From positions 1,248,001 to 1,312,000 of the forward strand of contig CAXXUK010000001.1 in assembly GCA_963665125.2 (NCBI GenBank): a stretch of DNA of 64,000 bases. Reading direction: 5' to 3'. Below are positions 28,311 through 38,142 of this stretch, piece after piece. Made by a program: the position numbers and the translations under genes. Each line of letters opens with the position of its first letter. The stretch's first letter is position 1. This DNA is from an uncultured Desulfarculus sp. (lineage in GTDB: Bacteria; Desulfobacterota; Desulfarculia; Desulfarculales; Desulfarculaceae). The notes below the pieces were generated by a model, which ran no database searches, was not told where the DNA came from, and saw only the letters and a program-made list of their open reading frames with translations.

Positions 28311-29648
28311 TCAAACCGGTTTTTTAAAATCGCGCCTGGCCTCGGCTAAACGAGCCAGGCGTTCTTTAATGAATTTTTCCCTGCCCCGCTCGGTGGGTCT
28401 GTAATAGGTGCGCCCGTCCAATTGTTCGGGCAGATATTGCTGGTCCACCACCGCGCCGTCGTACTCATGGGGATAGAGATAGCCCTTGGAGTAATCAAGG
28501 TCCTTCATTAGTCTGGTGGGGGCGTTTCTGATCTCCAGCGGCACCTCCAGGTGCCCGAAGCGTTGGATGTCTTTTTTCACTTCCTTCATGGCCAGATAAA
28601 TGGCGTTCGATTTTGGAGCCATGGCCAGGTACACCGCTGCCTGGGCAAGCATCAGCTCGGCCTCGGGCAGGCCCACCCGGTCAAAGGCCTGCCACGCAGC
28701 CACAAGCTGATTGAGGGCGTAGGAGTCTGCCAGGCCCACATCCTCGCAGGCGAAACGGGTCATCCGGCGCAGGATGTAATGGGGGTCTTCGCCGGCTTCG
28801 AGCATCCGGCCAAGCCAGTACAGGGCCGCGTCCGGGTCCGAGCCGCGCAGGGACTTGTGCAGGGCGCTGATCAGGTTGTAGTGTTCGTCCCCGGCTTTGT
28901 CATAGCGCAGCATTCGGCGTCCAACAGCGTCCTCGGCCAAGGTCTGGTCAATGAGCTTGCCCCCGCCCTGGATCAGGGGGGCGGCGTCGACGGCTACTTC
29001 CAATGAGCCCAGCATGCGCCTGGCATCGCCATAGGCCGATTCCACAAAGTGCCGTCTGGCCTCGGGGGTCAACTCCACGCCCAGGTTGCCCAGGCCGTTT
29101 TGTTTGTCCTCCAGGGCCCGGTCCAGTATGCGGGCCAGGACGTCTTCGCCGAGAGGCCCAAGGACCATGACCCGCATGCGCGACAACAGGGCCGGAACCA
29201 CCTCGAAGCTCGGGTTCTCGGTCGTGGCCCCCAACAGCGTAATCACGCCGGATTCCACATGGGGTAAAAAGGCGTCCTGCTGGGCCTTGTTGAAGCGGTG
29301 GATTTCATCGACGAACAGCACAGTGCGCCTATCGTGCTTGAGCAGCTTGCGGGCCACTTCCACGGCCCGGCGCACATCGGCAACTCCGCTGAGCACGGCC
29401 GAAAATTCCACGAACTCGCTGTCCCAGTGATCGGCCAGCAGCCTGGCCAGGGTGGTCTTGCCCGAGCCGGGCGGCCCCCAGAAAATCATCGAGGCGGGCC
29501 GCCCTTCCTCGATGAGGCGGCGTAGCGGCTTGCCCGTGGCCAGCAACTGGTCCTGCCCCAGGATTTCATCCACGGCGCGGGGCCGCATGCGGTCGGCCAG
29601 GGGCGCAGACACCGGCGCGGCGTTGCCGCTTTGCTCAAACATATTCAT
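28311..29648 (-). CDS. rarA: Replication-associated recombination protein A
   Basis: PLADRMRP, WGPPGSGKTT, DEIHRFNKAQQD, ATTENPSF, SALHKSLRGSD. Confidence 0.96.
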   Translation of the reverse strand: MNMFEQSGNAAPVSAPLADRMRPRAVDEILGQDQLLATGKPLRRLIEEGRPASMIFWGPPGSGKTTLARLLADHWDSEFVEFSAVLSGVADVRRAVEVARKLLKHDRRTVLFVDEIHRFNKAQQDAFLPHVESGVITLLGATTENPSFEVVPALLSRMRVMVLGPLGEDVLARILDRALEDKQNGLGNLGVELTPEARRHFVESAYGDARRMLGSLEVAVDAAPLIQGGGKLIDQTLAEDAVGRRMLRYDKAGDEHYNLISALHKSLRGSDPDAALYWLGRMLEAGEDPHYILRRMTRFACEDVGLADSYALNQLVAAWQAFDRVGLPEAELMLAQAAVYLAMAPKSNAIYLAMKEVKKDIQRFGHLEVPLEIRNAPTRLMKDLDYSKGYLYPHEYDGAVVDQQYLPEQLDGRTYYRPTERGREKFIKERLARLAEARRDFKKPV

Positions 29649-30577
29649 TGCGCAAGGCCCAGTTTTTTACACAGCCTGCGCCACAACGGATCCGGCTCCA
29701 ACAACTTTTTCACCTTGCCCAAGGCCAATTGGGCGGCCAGGTTGCCCTGATCCATCACATAATCCGCGCTGGTAAAGTCGGCCCAATGTACATCGCCCAC
29801 ATCCGGGCTTATCACCACCCGGGCGTCGCCCAGCATTCTCTGGGCCAAATGATAAGACTGAATTTCGCCCGCCCGGAGATATGTTTCCAAAGCCTGATCA
29901 GGCAGGTTATCCGAGTATACGTTGCGATCCACATTAACCGCAACAATTGTATTGTACCCTTTTTCGCGGGCGCACGCGGTAGGAACCAGACAAGCCACTC
30001 CGCCATCGGTAAGCCAGCGGCCATCCACCTGCACCAGGGGTGCGATTCCCGGCACGGCCGTGCTGGCCAACACGGCCCGGCGCAGGGAGCCCTTGTCGAA
30101 TAAAACCGGTTCGCCGGTGTGAATATCGGTGGCCACGCAATTGAAGGGCATGGGCATGTCCTCGATATTGATGTCGGGCAGAAAAAAATCGACAATCTTC
30201 TGGAAAAAGTCCGCGTTCATCACCGAATCGCCCATGAGGAACGAACGCACCAGCCAGCCTTGCATAAAGTACTGCCCCACCCTGTCCACCAAACTACGGG
30301 CCGTGCTGCTCTCCGAGCTTGACATGAAGTTGCGCAATTTTGAGTCGTTGGCCATGGGGGTCTTGGTAAATTCAATAACCCGCTGACGCATGTGCAGGGT
30401 GCTCATTCCCGCGGCATAGCCACCGCCTGCCAAGGCCCCGGCGCTGGCTCCGGTGATCGACTTAATCGGCAAGCCGTTTTTGTCGAATTGCTCCAGCACG
30501 CCGACATGAGCAAAGCCCCGGGCGCCGCCGCCGCCGAGCACCAAATCGACTCCCTTTTCGTATGAAATTCGGCCCAT
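29645..30577 (-). CDS. Patatin-like phospholipase
   Basis: LGGGGARG, GASAG nucleophile motif, DGG. Confidence 0.92.
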   Translation of the reverse strand: MGRISYEKGVDLVLGGGGARGFAHVGVLEQFDKNGLPIKSITGASAGALAGGGYAAGMSTLHMRQRVIEFTKTPMANDSKLRNFMSSSESSTARSLVDRVGQYFMQGWLVRSFLMGDSVMNADFFQKIVDFFLPDINIEDMPMPFNCVATDIHTGEPVLFDKGSLRRAVLASTAVPGIAPLVQVDGRWLTDGGVACLVPTACAREKGYNTIVAVNVDRNVYSDNLPDQALETYLRAGEIQSYHLAQRMLGDARVVISPDVGDVHWADFTSADYVMDQGNLAAQLALGKVKKLLEPDPLWRRLCKKLGLAQ

Positions 30578-30700
30578 AATCGAGAACTCTTCAATCTGCC
30601 TTTACATATCGGTCTTTTGTGCTATATTTACTCCGCTTCCGCTAGGGCGAAAGCAATTAATCATTTTACAATGAAATTCATTATAGAGGGTGGTGATCGC

Positions 30701-30916
30701 GTGCAGGTCCAAGTTCAGGACAACAATGTCGAAAAGGCCATTAAGGCCCTTAAGCGCAAGCTGACCAAGGAAGGCATCTTCCGCCAGCTCAAAGAAAAGC
30801 GTTGGCATGAAAAGCCTTCGGACATGCGTCGGCGCAAGCAGCGTCAGGCGCGCCGCCGTCTGCGCAGGCAGATGGCGAGGGCCAGGGCTCGTGCTGAGTC
30901 GCGTCGCCATTTCTAG
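30701..30916 (+). CDS. rpsU: 30S ribosomal protein S21
   Basis: VQVQVQDNNVEKAIKALKRK...EKPS..RRRK; GTG start. Confidence 0.93.
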   Translation: MQVQVQDNNVEKAIKALKRKLTKEGIFRQLKEKRWHEKPSDMRRRKQRQARRRLRRQMARARARAESRRHF

Positions 30917-30941
30917 TCCGATACGCTAGTACAAGCACGTT

Positions 30942-30976
30942 ACGGGCAGCCGCCGCAAGGCGGGTGCCCGTTCCCG
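30942..30976 (+). terminator. Terminator between convergent rpsU and LysE genes
   Basis: ACGGGCAGCCGCC-GCAA-GGCGGGTGCCCGT. Confidence 0.65.
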
Positions 30977-30978
30977 TT

Positions 30979-31659
30979 TCAGGCAAAGGCCCTACCCAGC
31001 TCCCCCCAGGCGAACACCCCGAAATAAACGGCGAATATCAATAGCGCGGCGGCGCACACGCCCACCACCCACTTGTATATGTTGTCACTGAGCCAGCTGC
31101 GGCCCTTGCTCACCGTGGCCGAGACCAAACCATACCAGGCCAGATCGGCGCAGATGTGGCCAAAGTAAAAAGCCGCCAGGCCCCACAGGCCCCAGGTGCT
31201 GTTGCTGGCGGCCAATAGCAGACCCAAACCGACCGTGGCCCACCAGATAACAAAATACGGGTTGGCCGCGCTGAGGATCAGGCCGTCCCACACCGGATGC
31301 CGCCCCTGGGGCCCTTCCCCTCTCATGATTTCCCGCAGGCTCAAACCCGGCAGGGAACGCAACATGCCCAGCCCCATCCATAAAAGTACCACGCCGCCCA
31401 CCGCGCCGATGCCGCCCGAGACCAGCGGCTTGGTGATTATGGAGCCCAGGCCCAGGACAATACCCGCCAACAAGGCCACTTCAATGAGTCCGTGGCCGGC
31501 CACGATCAGCGGACCGGCCCAAAAGCCCCGCCGCACGGTGTGGGTTATGGTTACGGCCAGGACCGGGCCAGGCATCACCGCGCCGGACAGGCCGATGACA
31601 AATGAGCTAAGGGCCAGGCCACCCAGACCCATGCCGGTTTGCAGGGTTGAAAAATCCAC
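30979..31659 (-). CDS. LysE family translocator
   Basis: SGAVMPGP, GHGLIE, ANPYFVIWW, GHICADLAWY. Confidence 0.88.
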   Translation of the reverse strand: MDFSTLQTGMGLGGLALSSFVIGLSGAVMPGPVLAVTITHTVRRGFWAGPLIVAGHGLIEVALLAGIVLGLGSIITKPLVSGGIGAVGGVVLLWMGLGMLRSLPGLSLREIMRGEGPQGRHPVWDGLILSAANPYFVIWWATVGLGLLLAASNSTWGLWGLAAFYFGHICADLAWYGLVSATVSKGRSWLSDNIYKWVVGVCAAALLIFAVYFGVFAWGELGRAFA

Positions 31660-31671
31660 TATCGGCCCAAC

Positions 31672-31878
31672 CTAGAAGTATTTGCACCAGGGTGCGTGGA
31701 CCTTGGTGTAGCCGATGACCGGGCAGTCGCAGTCCGTGTCGCACGACGGCGGACGGCAGGCCTTGAATTCGCCTTTTTTCTTATCCAGGCCCGAACATTT
31801 CGGGCACAGGCCCGGCTCATCGGTGGGCCGCCCGCACTCAGGGCAGTTGAACATCATGATGTCCATTGGCTGGCTCAT
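31672..31878 (-). CDS. Small Cys-rich (zinc-ribbon-like) protein
   Basis: 68 aa, CPECG...CPKC plus five more Cys; AAGGA RBS; co-oriented in operon. Confidence 0.7.
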   Translation of the reverse strand: MSQPMDIMMFNCPECGRPTDEPGLCPKCSGLDKKKGEFKACRPPSCDTDCDCPVIGYTKVHAPWCKYF

Positions 31879-31888
31879 GGTATTTCCT

Positions 31889-33316
31889 TTAGCTTCTTGG
31901 CGGGGCCAGGAAAAAGGCCTCGTACGCCTTCAGGGTGGCGAAGATGTCGGCCTTGTGGCTTATCTCAAACGGCGAATGCATCGATAGCAGGGCCGGACCG
32001 GCGTCGATGACTTCCATGCCCCGGCTGGCCAGCAGTTTGGCGATGGTTCCGCCGCCGCCCTCGTCCACCTTGCCCATGGCCGCGGTCTGCCAATTGACCC
32101 CGGCGCGATTCCACACACCCCGGATCCAGGCCACGAACTCGGCGTCGGCGTCATTGGCCGTGTACTTGCCGCCCGATCCGGTGTATTTGGTCAGGCACAC
32201 GCCATAGCCCATCTTGGCGGCGTTGCGCTTTTCATGAACTTCCGGGTAATCCGGGTCCAAAGCCGGACTGGCGTCGGCGCTGATCATCTGGCTGGCGGCC
32301 AGGGCCTTGCATACGTCTATATAGGCCGCAGGTTGTTTTACCGTTTCCAGGATGGCCGCCGTAAGCAGTTCGATGAACCGGCTCTTGGCTCCGGTGGCGC
32401 CGTCGGAACCCACTTCCTCCTTGTCCACGAACAGGGCCACGCTTGTCATCTCCGGGTCCTTAAGGCCCAGGATGGCTTCCAGGGTGGCAAAGGCCGCCGC
32501 CCGGTCGTCCTGGCCGTAACCGCCCACCAGAGCCCGGTCCAGCCCGACATCCCGGCTGGGGCCGGCGGGAACGATCTCCAGTTCGGCGCTGATAAAGTCT
32601 TCCTCGGTCATGCCGTAGCGCTTGTTCAGTTCCCGCAAGACTGCCAGCTTGACCAACTCGCCCTTTTCATCGCTGTCCAGGGGCAGCCCGGCGATGACCA
32701 GGTTCATCTTCTCGGCCTCAATGGCCTCGTTAAGCTTTTTCTCGCCCTGGCTCTTGCGGCTCAGATGGGGCAGCAGATCCAAAAGCGTAAACACCGGGCC
32801 GTCGGGGTCCTCGCCAAGGCTCAGGGACACAGTCTTTCCGTCGTCGGTGCAGACCACGCCGTGGATGGCCAGGGGCCGGGCCATCCACTGGTATTTCTTG
32901 ATGCCGCCGTAATAGTGGGTCTTCAAGAAGGCCAGTTCCTGTTCTTCGTAAAGCGGATTGGCCTTCAGATCCAGACGGGGCGAATCCAGGTGCGAGCCCA
33001 CCAGGCGCATGCCCGCCGACGGGGCCTTCTTGCCCAAGACCACCAGGGCCGTGACCTTGCCCCGAAACTCCAGGAAAAACTTTTTGCCCTTGGCTCCTGC
33101 CGTCAGGGGCTTGAATCCGGCCGCCTCGGCCTGCCGCCTGATCTCTTTCACGGCCAGGCGCTCGGTCTTGGCGATATCCAGAAAAGACTTGAACTTTTCA
33201 GCCAAAGCCATGATTTCTTTGCGCTGTTCTGCACTGGAACCGACCCACACGTTCTTGCTTTTTTTTAACAACCGTTCGGAAAGCTCTTCTGTTTTCTTTT
33301 TGCTCAGCTTGGCCAT
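31889..33316 (-). CDS. M18 family aminopeptidase
   Basis: SHLDSPRLDLK, HYYGGIKKYQW, GQDDR, DKEEVGS, SMHSPFE. Confidence 0.93.
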   Translation of the reverse strand: MAKLSKKKTEELSERLLKKSKNVWVGSSAEQRKEIMALAEKFKSFLDIAKTERLAVKEIRRQAEAAGFKPLTAGAKGKKFFLEFRGKVTALVVLGKKAPSAGMRLVGSHLDSPRLDLKANPLYEEQELAFLKTHYYGGIKKYQWMARPLAIHGVVCTDDGKTVSLSLGEDPDGPVFTLLDLLPHLSRKSQGEKKLNEAIEAEKMNLVIAGLPLDSDEKGELVKLAVLRELNKRYGMTEEDFISAELEIVPAGPSRDVGLDRALVGGYGQDDRAAAFATLEAILGLKDPEMTSVALFVDKEEVGSDGATGAKSRFIELLTAAILETVKQPAAYIDVCKALAASQMISADASPALDPDYPEVHEKRNAAKMGYGVCLTKYTGSGGKYTANDADAEFVAWIRGVWNRAGVNWQTAAMGKVDEGGGGTIAKLLASRGMEVIDAGPALLSMHSPFEISHKADIFATLKAYEAFFLAPPRS

Positions 33317-33411
33317 ATTTCCTCCGGCAGTGCCGAATCAGCTCGTTAAGTCGAACCGCATCCAATAGCTATTACCCCGGCCCGGCCAATGCCGCAAGCC
33401 CCGCCGGGCTA

Positions 33412-34155
33412 TTACGCATCGGGTTTTTGGGCCAATAAAAATATCTCCACATTACCCTTGGGGCCCGTGATGGGGCTCTGGGCCCTACCCCGCACCAACA
33501 TGCCCAACTGTTCCAGGCAATGGGCAACCCTGTCCACGGCCTCCCGGCGGGCGTCCTCATCCCGGACCACTCCGCCCGCACCGACGTGCTCCCGCCCTGC
33601 CTCGAACTGGGGCTTGACCATGCACAGCACCATACCGCCCGGCGCGAGTCTGGCCGTCAGGTTGGGTAATACCAAGGTAAGGCTGATAAATGAAACGTCA
33701 ATGACTATGAGGTCGAATGGGCCCGGGGCTACGTCGTCGGCCATGTTGCGGGCGTTGGTGCGCTCTATGACCTCCACGCGCTCGTCCTGGCGCAGTTTCC
33801 AGGCCATCTGGCCGTAGCCCACATCAACGGCCGTCACATGGGCGGCCCCGCGCTGCAACAGACAGTCGGTGAAGCCGCCCGTGCTGGCCCCCACATCAAG
33901 GCATTTCAACCCACCGGGTTCCAAGCTGAATTGATCCAGGGCTCCGGCCAGCTTGACGCCGCCCCGGGACACATAAGGATGATCCGGACCATCGACGATG
34001 ATTTCAGCGTCTTGTTTGACGTTCTGGCCTGGTTTGTTGGCCGGAGCGCCGCCCACCTTGACCTTGCCGGCCATTATCAGGGCCTGAGCCTTGCTGCGGC
34101 TGGGGGCCAGACCCATATCCACCAGGCATTGGTCCAGACGGCGGCCTTTGGCCAC
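33412..34155 (-). CDS. tlyA: TlyA family rRNA 2'-O-methyltransferase
   Basis: S4 domain RLD..SRSKAQ, YVSRGG.KL, DVGASTGGFTD, DVSFISL, KPQFE. Confidence 0.95.
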   Translation of the reverse strand: MAKGRRLDQCLVDMGLAPSRSKAQALIMAGKVKVGGAPANKPGQNVKQDAEIIVDGPDHPYVSRGGVKLAGALDQFSLEPGGLKCLDVGASTGGFTDCLLQRGAAHVTAVDVGYGQMAWKLRQDERVEVIERTNARNMADDVAPGPFDLIVIDVSFISLTLVLPNLTARLAPGGMVLCMVKPQFEAGREHVGAGGVVRDEDARREAVDRVAHCLEQLGMLVRGRAQSPITGPKGNVEIFLLAQKPDA

Positions 34156-34158
34156 GGC

Positions 34159-36120
34159 TCAGTCCGCCAAGTCCTGGGCGGCCTTGACCACCGCGGCGGC
34201 ATCCACGCCATAGACATCGCGCAGCTTGGCCTGGGAGCCATGCTCCACAAAGGTGTCGGCAATGCCGATCATCGACACCGGCGGGCACAGGCCCCGGGCG
34301 CTGAGGGCCTCCAATACGGCCGAGCCGAAACCGCCGGCCTTGACGTTTTCCTCAACCGTGACGACCTTGCCGCACTTTTGGGCCCAATTGCAGATCAGTT
34401 CCTCGTCAAGCGGTTTGACGAACCGGGCATTGATCACCGCCGCGCCGATGCCCTTGGCTGCCAGTTCCTCGGCTGCCTCCAGGCAATTGTGCACGCCAAC
34501 GCCGACGCCCACCAGAAGCACGTCGAAGCCTTCGCGCAGGAGTTTACCCTTGCCCCAGGCCAGTTCCTCGAAAGGCTCGTCCGTGGGCACGCCAAAGCCC
34601 GCGCCACGGGGATAGCGGATGGCCACCGGGCCCTTGTATTTGAGCGCGGAATAGATCATGTGCCGCAGTTCGCCCTCGTCCATGGGCGACAACAGCGAAA
34701 GATTGGGTACGCAGCGCAGGAAGCTCAAATCTAAAAGCCCCTGGTGAGTCTCGCCGTCCTCGCCGACAATACCGCCCCGGTCCAGGGCCAGAAGCACCGG
34801 CAGATTGGGCAGACAGACGTCATGGACGATCTGGTCATAGGCCCGCTGCATAAAGGTGCTGTAGATGGCCACCACCGGATGAAATCCCTCGCAGGCCAGA
34901 CCGGCGGCAAAGGTCACCGCGTGCTGCTCGGCAATGCCCACGTCGATGAAGCGGTCCCGGTAGGACTCGGCGAACGACTGCAAGCCCGTGCCTTCGGGCA
35001 TGGCCGCGGTGATGGCCACGATTTCGGGCCGGTCCTTGGCCAACTGGACCATGGTCCGGCCGAATACTTCCGTGTAGGACTGGGCCTTGGGCTTTGGCGG
35101 CGGTGGTGGAGGAGACGGCGTCCCGTTGCACGGCTCGGTCTGGGGCGGACGGGCGATCTTGCCCACGCCGTGGAAATGGGCCGGGTTTTCCTCGGCCGGC
35201 CTGTAGCCCTTGCCCTTTTGGGTCATCACATGGATCAGATGCGGGCCGCCCAGGTCGGCCACGTTGCCGAAAACGGTGACCAACCTGTCCAGGTCGTGGC
35301 CATCCACCGGGCCCACGTAGTTGAACCGGAAGGCCTCGAAAAGCATGCTGGGGGAGAAAAAGGCCCGGAACGACTCCTCGGCCCGCCGGGCGAACTCCAC
35401 CAGGTTGTCGCCCACCGCGGGCATGGACTTGAGCACCTTTTCCAGGTCCTTGCGGAAGCGCTGGTACATGCCGCCCGACAGCGACCTGCTGATGAACTTG
35501 GACAAAGCTCCGACATTGGGGGCGATGGACATGCCGTTGTCGTTCAAGACGACAATGAGGTTTTCATTGAGAAAACCGGCCTGGTTCAGGCCCTCGTAGG
35601 CCATGCCGCCGGTGAGAGAGCCATCGCCGATCACGGCGATGACCTTGCCGGGGTCATTATTGAGGCGCTTGCCCACGGCCAGGCCCAATGCCGCCGATAT
35701 GCTGGTGGACGAGTGCCCCGTGTCAAAGGCGTCGTAAACGCTCTCCCGGCGTTTGGGAAAGCCCGAAAGCCCGCCGAACTGGCGCAGGGTGCAAAAACGG
35801 TCCCGCCTGCCGGTAATGATCTTGTGGGTGTAGGTTTGGTGGCCCACGTCCCAGACAATTTCGTCCTGGGGACAGGAAAAGACCTTGTGCAGGGCCAGGG
35901 TGAGTTCCACCACGCCGAGGCTGGGGGCCAGATGCCCGCCGGTTTCGGTTACCCTGGAGATGATGAAATCGCGGATTTCCTGGGCCAGTATCTTTAGATC
36001 GTCAGGACCTAGATCCTTCAGGTCGTCCGGCGATTCGATCTTGTCTAGAAATTTATATTTCGTCTGAGTTTCGTTAGCCAAGCCTATATTCCCGGCGGAC
36101 AATTGCCCGCGATTAATCAT
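34159..36120 (-). CDS. dxs: 1-deoxy-D-xylulose-5-phosphate synthase
   Basis: GGHLAPSLG, WDVGHQ, GHSSTSIS, GDGSLTGG, DVGIAEQH; true start may be near 36081. Confidence 0.97.
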   Translation of the reverse strand: MINRGQLSAGNIGLANETQTKYKFLDKIESPDDLKDLGPDDLKILAQEIRDFIISRVTETGGHLAPSLGVVELTLALHKVFSCPQDEIVWDVGHQTYTHKIITGRRDRFCTLRQFGGLSGFPKRRESVYDAFDTGHSSTSISAALGLAVGKRLNNDPGKVIAVIGDGSLTGGMAYEGLNQAGFLNENLIVVLNDNGMSIAPNVGALSKFISRSLSGGMYQRFRKDLEKVLKSMPAVGDNLVEFARRAEESFRAFFSPSMLFEAFRFNYVGPVDGHDLDRLVTVFGNVADLGGPHLIHVMTQKGKGYRPAEENPAHFHGVGKIARPPQTEPCNGTPSPPPPPPKPKAQSYTEVFGRTMVQLAKDRPEIVAITAAMPEGTGLQSFAESYRDRFIDVGIAEQHAVTFAAGLACEGFHPVVAIYSTFMQRAYDQIVHDVCLPNLPVLLALDRGGIVGEDGETHQGLLDLSFLRCVPNLSLLSPMDEGELRHMIYSALKYKGPVAIRYPRGAGFGVPTDEPFEELAWGKGKLLREGFDVLLVGVGVGVHNCLEAAEELAAKGIGAAVINARFVKPLDEELICNWAQKCGKVVTVEENVKAGGFGSAVLEALSARGLCPPVSMIGIADTFVEHGSQAKLRDVYGVDAAAVVKAAQDLAD

Positions 36121-36135
36121 CCAGTCGTAATTATA

Positions 36136-37023
36136 TCAGTGGGTGCGAGCCATGATGTAAAGGGCCAGATCCACCAGCGGTTCGGCGGCAGGGCCCATGT
36201 CCCGGACGATGTCGGCGGCTTCCCGCACCAGCCTGTCGCCGGTCTGGTGGGCCTGGGCCGGTCCCAGCACCCCGGGATAGGTCATCTTGCCCTGGGCCGC
36301 GTCGGCCCCGGTGGCCTTGCCCAGGACTTCCGCGTCGCCTTCAAGGTCCAGCAGGTCGTCGGCTATCTGAAAGGCCAAACCAATACGGCGGCCGTAGCGC
36401 ACCAGTTGCCTCTCCCGCTCGGCGTCGGCCCCGGCCAACACGGCGCCTGACTGGATGGCGGCGGTTATCAGGGCTCCGGTTTTGCGCGAGTGGATAAAAT
36501 CGACCATGGCCAGGTCGGGCTCCATATCCTCTCCCTCCAGGTCCGAGGCCTGGCCGCCGACCATGCCCAGGTATCCGGCCGCCCGCATGACGATGTTGGA
36601 GGCCCGGATCACCCGGCCCGGCTCCAGGCCCTTGGCGCTCTCCTCATCCGACAACAGAACCATGGCCTGGGTCAGCAGGCCGTCGCCGGCCAATACGGCC
36701 ATGCCGTCGCCGAACACCTTGTGGTTGGTGGGCACGCCGCGCCGGAAATCGTCATCGTCCATGGCCGGCAGATCATCGTGGATCAGCGAATAGGTGTGAA
36801 TCATTTCCATGGCGCAGGCGCAGAACATCACCGAAGCGGGATCGCCGCCAGAGGCCTCGGCCCCGGCCATGCACAGGATGGGCCGCAGACGCTTGCCGCC
36901 GGCAAACAGGCTGTAACGCATGGCCTTCAAGATAATGCCGCCGCTTTCGTCGCCGGGCAGATAGGCCTCCAGAGCCTTGTCCACCAGTTCCCGCCTTTGG
37001 AGCAAATACGCCTTGATATCCAC
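36136..37023 (-). CDS. ispA: Geranyl/farnesyl diphosphate synthase
   Basis: GGKRLRP, HTYSLIHDDLPAMDDDDFRRG, FQIADDLLD. Confidence 0.95.
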   Translation of the reverse strand: MDIKAYLLQRRELVDKALEAYLPGDESGGIILKAMRYSLFAGGKRLRPILCMAGAEASGGDPASVMFCACAMEMIHTYSLIHDDLPAMDDDDFRRGVPTNHKVFGDGMAVLAGDGLLTQAMVLLSDEESAKGLEPGRVIRASNIVMRAAGYLGMVGGQASDLEGEDMEPDLAMVDFIHSRKTGALITAAIQSGAVLAGADAERERQLVRYGRRIGLAFQIADDLLDLEGDAEVLGKATGADAAQGKMTYPGVLGPAQAHQTGDRLVREAADIVRDMGPAAEPLVDLALYIMARTH

Positions 37024-37024
37024 C

Positions 37025-37273
37025 TCAGTCCTCTGATCGGTCTTGTTCGAAAGGCACCTGGCTCAGTGCGCCGTTATTGTCCCGCAACAGCAGGGACACC
37101 TTTTTTTCGGCCTCGTCCAGGCGCTTGCCGCAGTCGTCGGCAAGTTCCACGCCTTCTTCGAAAAGCTTGAGCGATTGCTCCAAGGTCAGGTCTTCCTGCT
37201 CCAGCTTTTTGACAATGTCTTCCAGCCGGGACAAGGTCTTTTCAAAACTCTGGGCCTTTTTGGGGGCTGCCAT
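37025..37273 (-). CDS. xseB: Exodeoxyribonuclease VII small subunit
   Basis: SFEKTLSRLEDIVKKLE..LTLEQSLKLFEEG. Confidence 0.95.
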   Translation of the reverse strand: MAAPKKAQSFEKTLSRLEDIVKKLEQEDLTLEQSLKLFEEGVELADDCGKRLDEAEKKVSLLLRDNNGALSQVPFEQDRSED

Positions 37274-38142
37274 CACTTACCCTCCAGGGCCTTTGCCAGG
37301 CGGCCGCTGACATCCTGCCAAACCAGGGGATCGGTTTTCACGCCGTTTATGACCACGCCATAGTGCAGATGCGGCCCGGTGACCCGCCCGCTGGCCCCGA
37401 CCTCGGCGATGATATCGCCTTTGCGAACGTATTGTCCTTGTTTTACCAAGGCCTTGGACAAATGCAAGTAGCAGGTCACGATTCCCTGGCCGTGATCGAC
37501 AACCAGGGTCTTGCCGCCGAAGTAGTGATCCAACAGAATCACCACCAAACCATCGGCCGGGGCCTCGATGGGCACGCCCACGTCTCCGCGCAGATCCACG
37601 CCGCCGTGGGGAGATTTTTCCTGGCCGTTTACAATGCTGCGCCGCCCGAACTGGCTGACGACCTCGCCCGGCACGGGCCTGATAAACGGCCCGCTCCAAT
37701 GGCGCTCGGGCGTGTATTTGTCGAACGCGGCCGTTATCAAGGCCTGATCGTGTTGATACTGCCTCCACTGCTCATCGGTCATGGTGTCGAACTTTTTGCT
37801 GACGGTCAGCCTCCGCACACCATATTTGCCGGGTATGATCTTTATCTTGGCCGCCGTGGCCTGTCTGCCGTCGGCCATTATCCGCATGGGAGCCGAGTTG
37901 CCCTTCGCCCGCAGCGGCACGGCCGCCGGGCCATAGTAGCAGCCACCGGCCCCCTTGTGCAGGGGTATGTCCTGCCCCAAAAAGTTTGCCGCCACCGCCT
38001 TGGGTTGGCCCTTGAGGCAGGCCTTGACCAAAGCCGAGCGGCCTTTGACTATCGGCATGGGGCTGACATACAGCGTGTCGGCCACGGCCGGGCATCCGAC
38101 GAACAGCAGCAGCAACAAAACCCAGGGCAACCGGCGCATCAT
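37273..38142 (-). CDS. M23 family metallopeptidase
   Basis: Signal peptide, HGGVD, VVDHG..TCYLHLS, GRVTGPHLHY. Confidence 0.93.
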   Translation of the reverse strand: MMRRLPWVLLLLLFVGCPAVADTLYVSPMPIVKGRSALVKACLKGQPKAVAANFLGQDIPLHKGAGGCYYGPAAVPLRAKGNSAPMRIMADGRQATAAKIKIIPGKYGVRRLTVSKKFDTMTDEQWRQYQHDQALITAAFDKYTPERHWSGPFIRPVPGEVVSQFGRRSIVNGQEKSPHGGVDLRGDVGVPIEAPADGLVVILLDHYFGGKTLVVDHGQGIVTCYLHLSKALVKQGQYVRKGDIIAEVGASGRVTGPHLHYGVVINGVKTDPLVWQDVSGRLAKALEGK

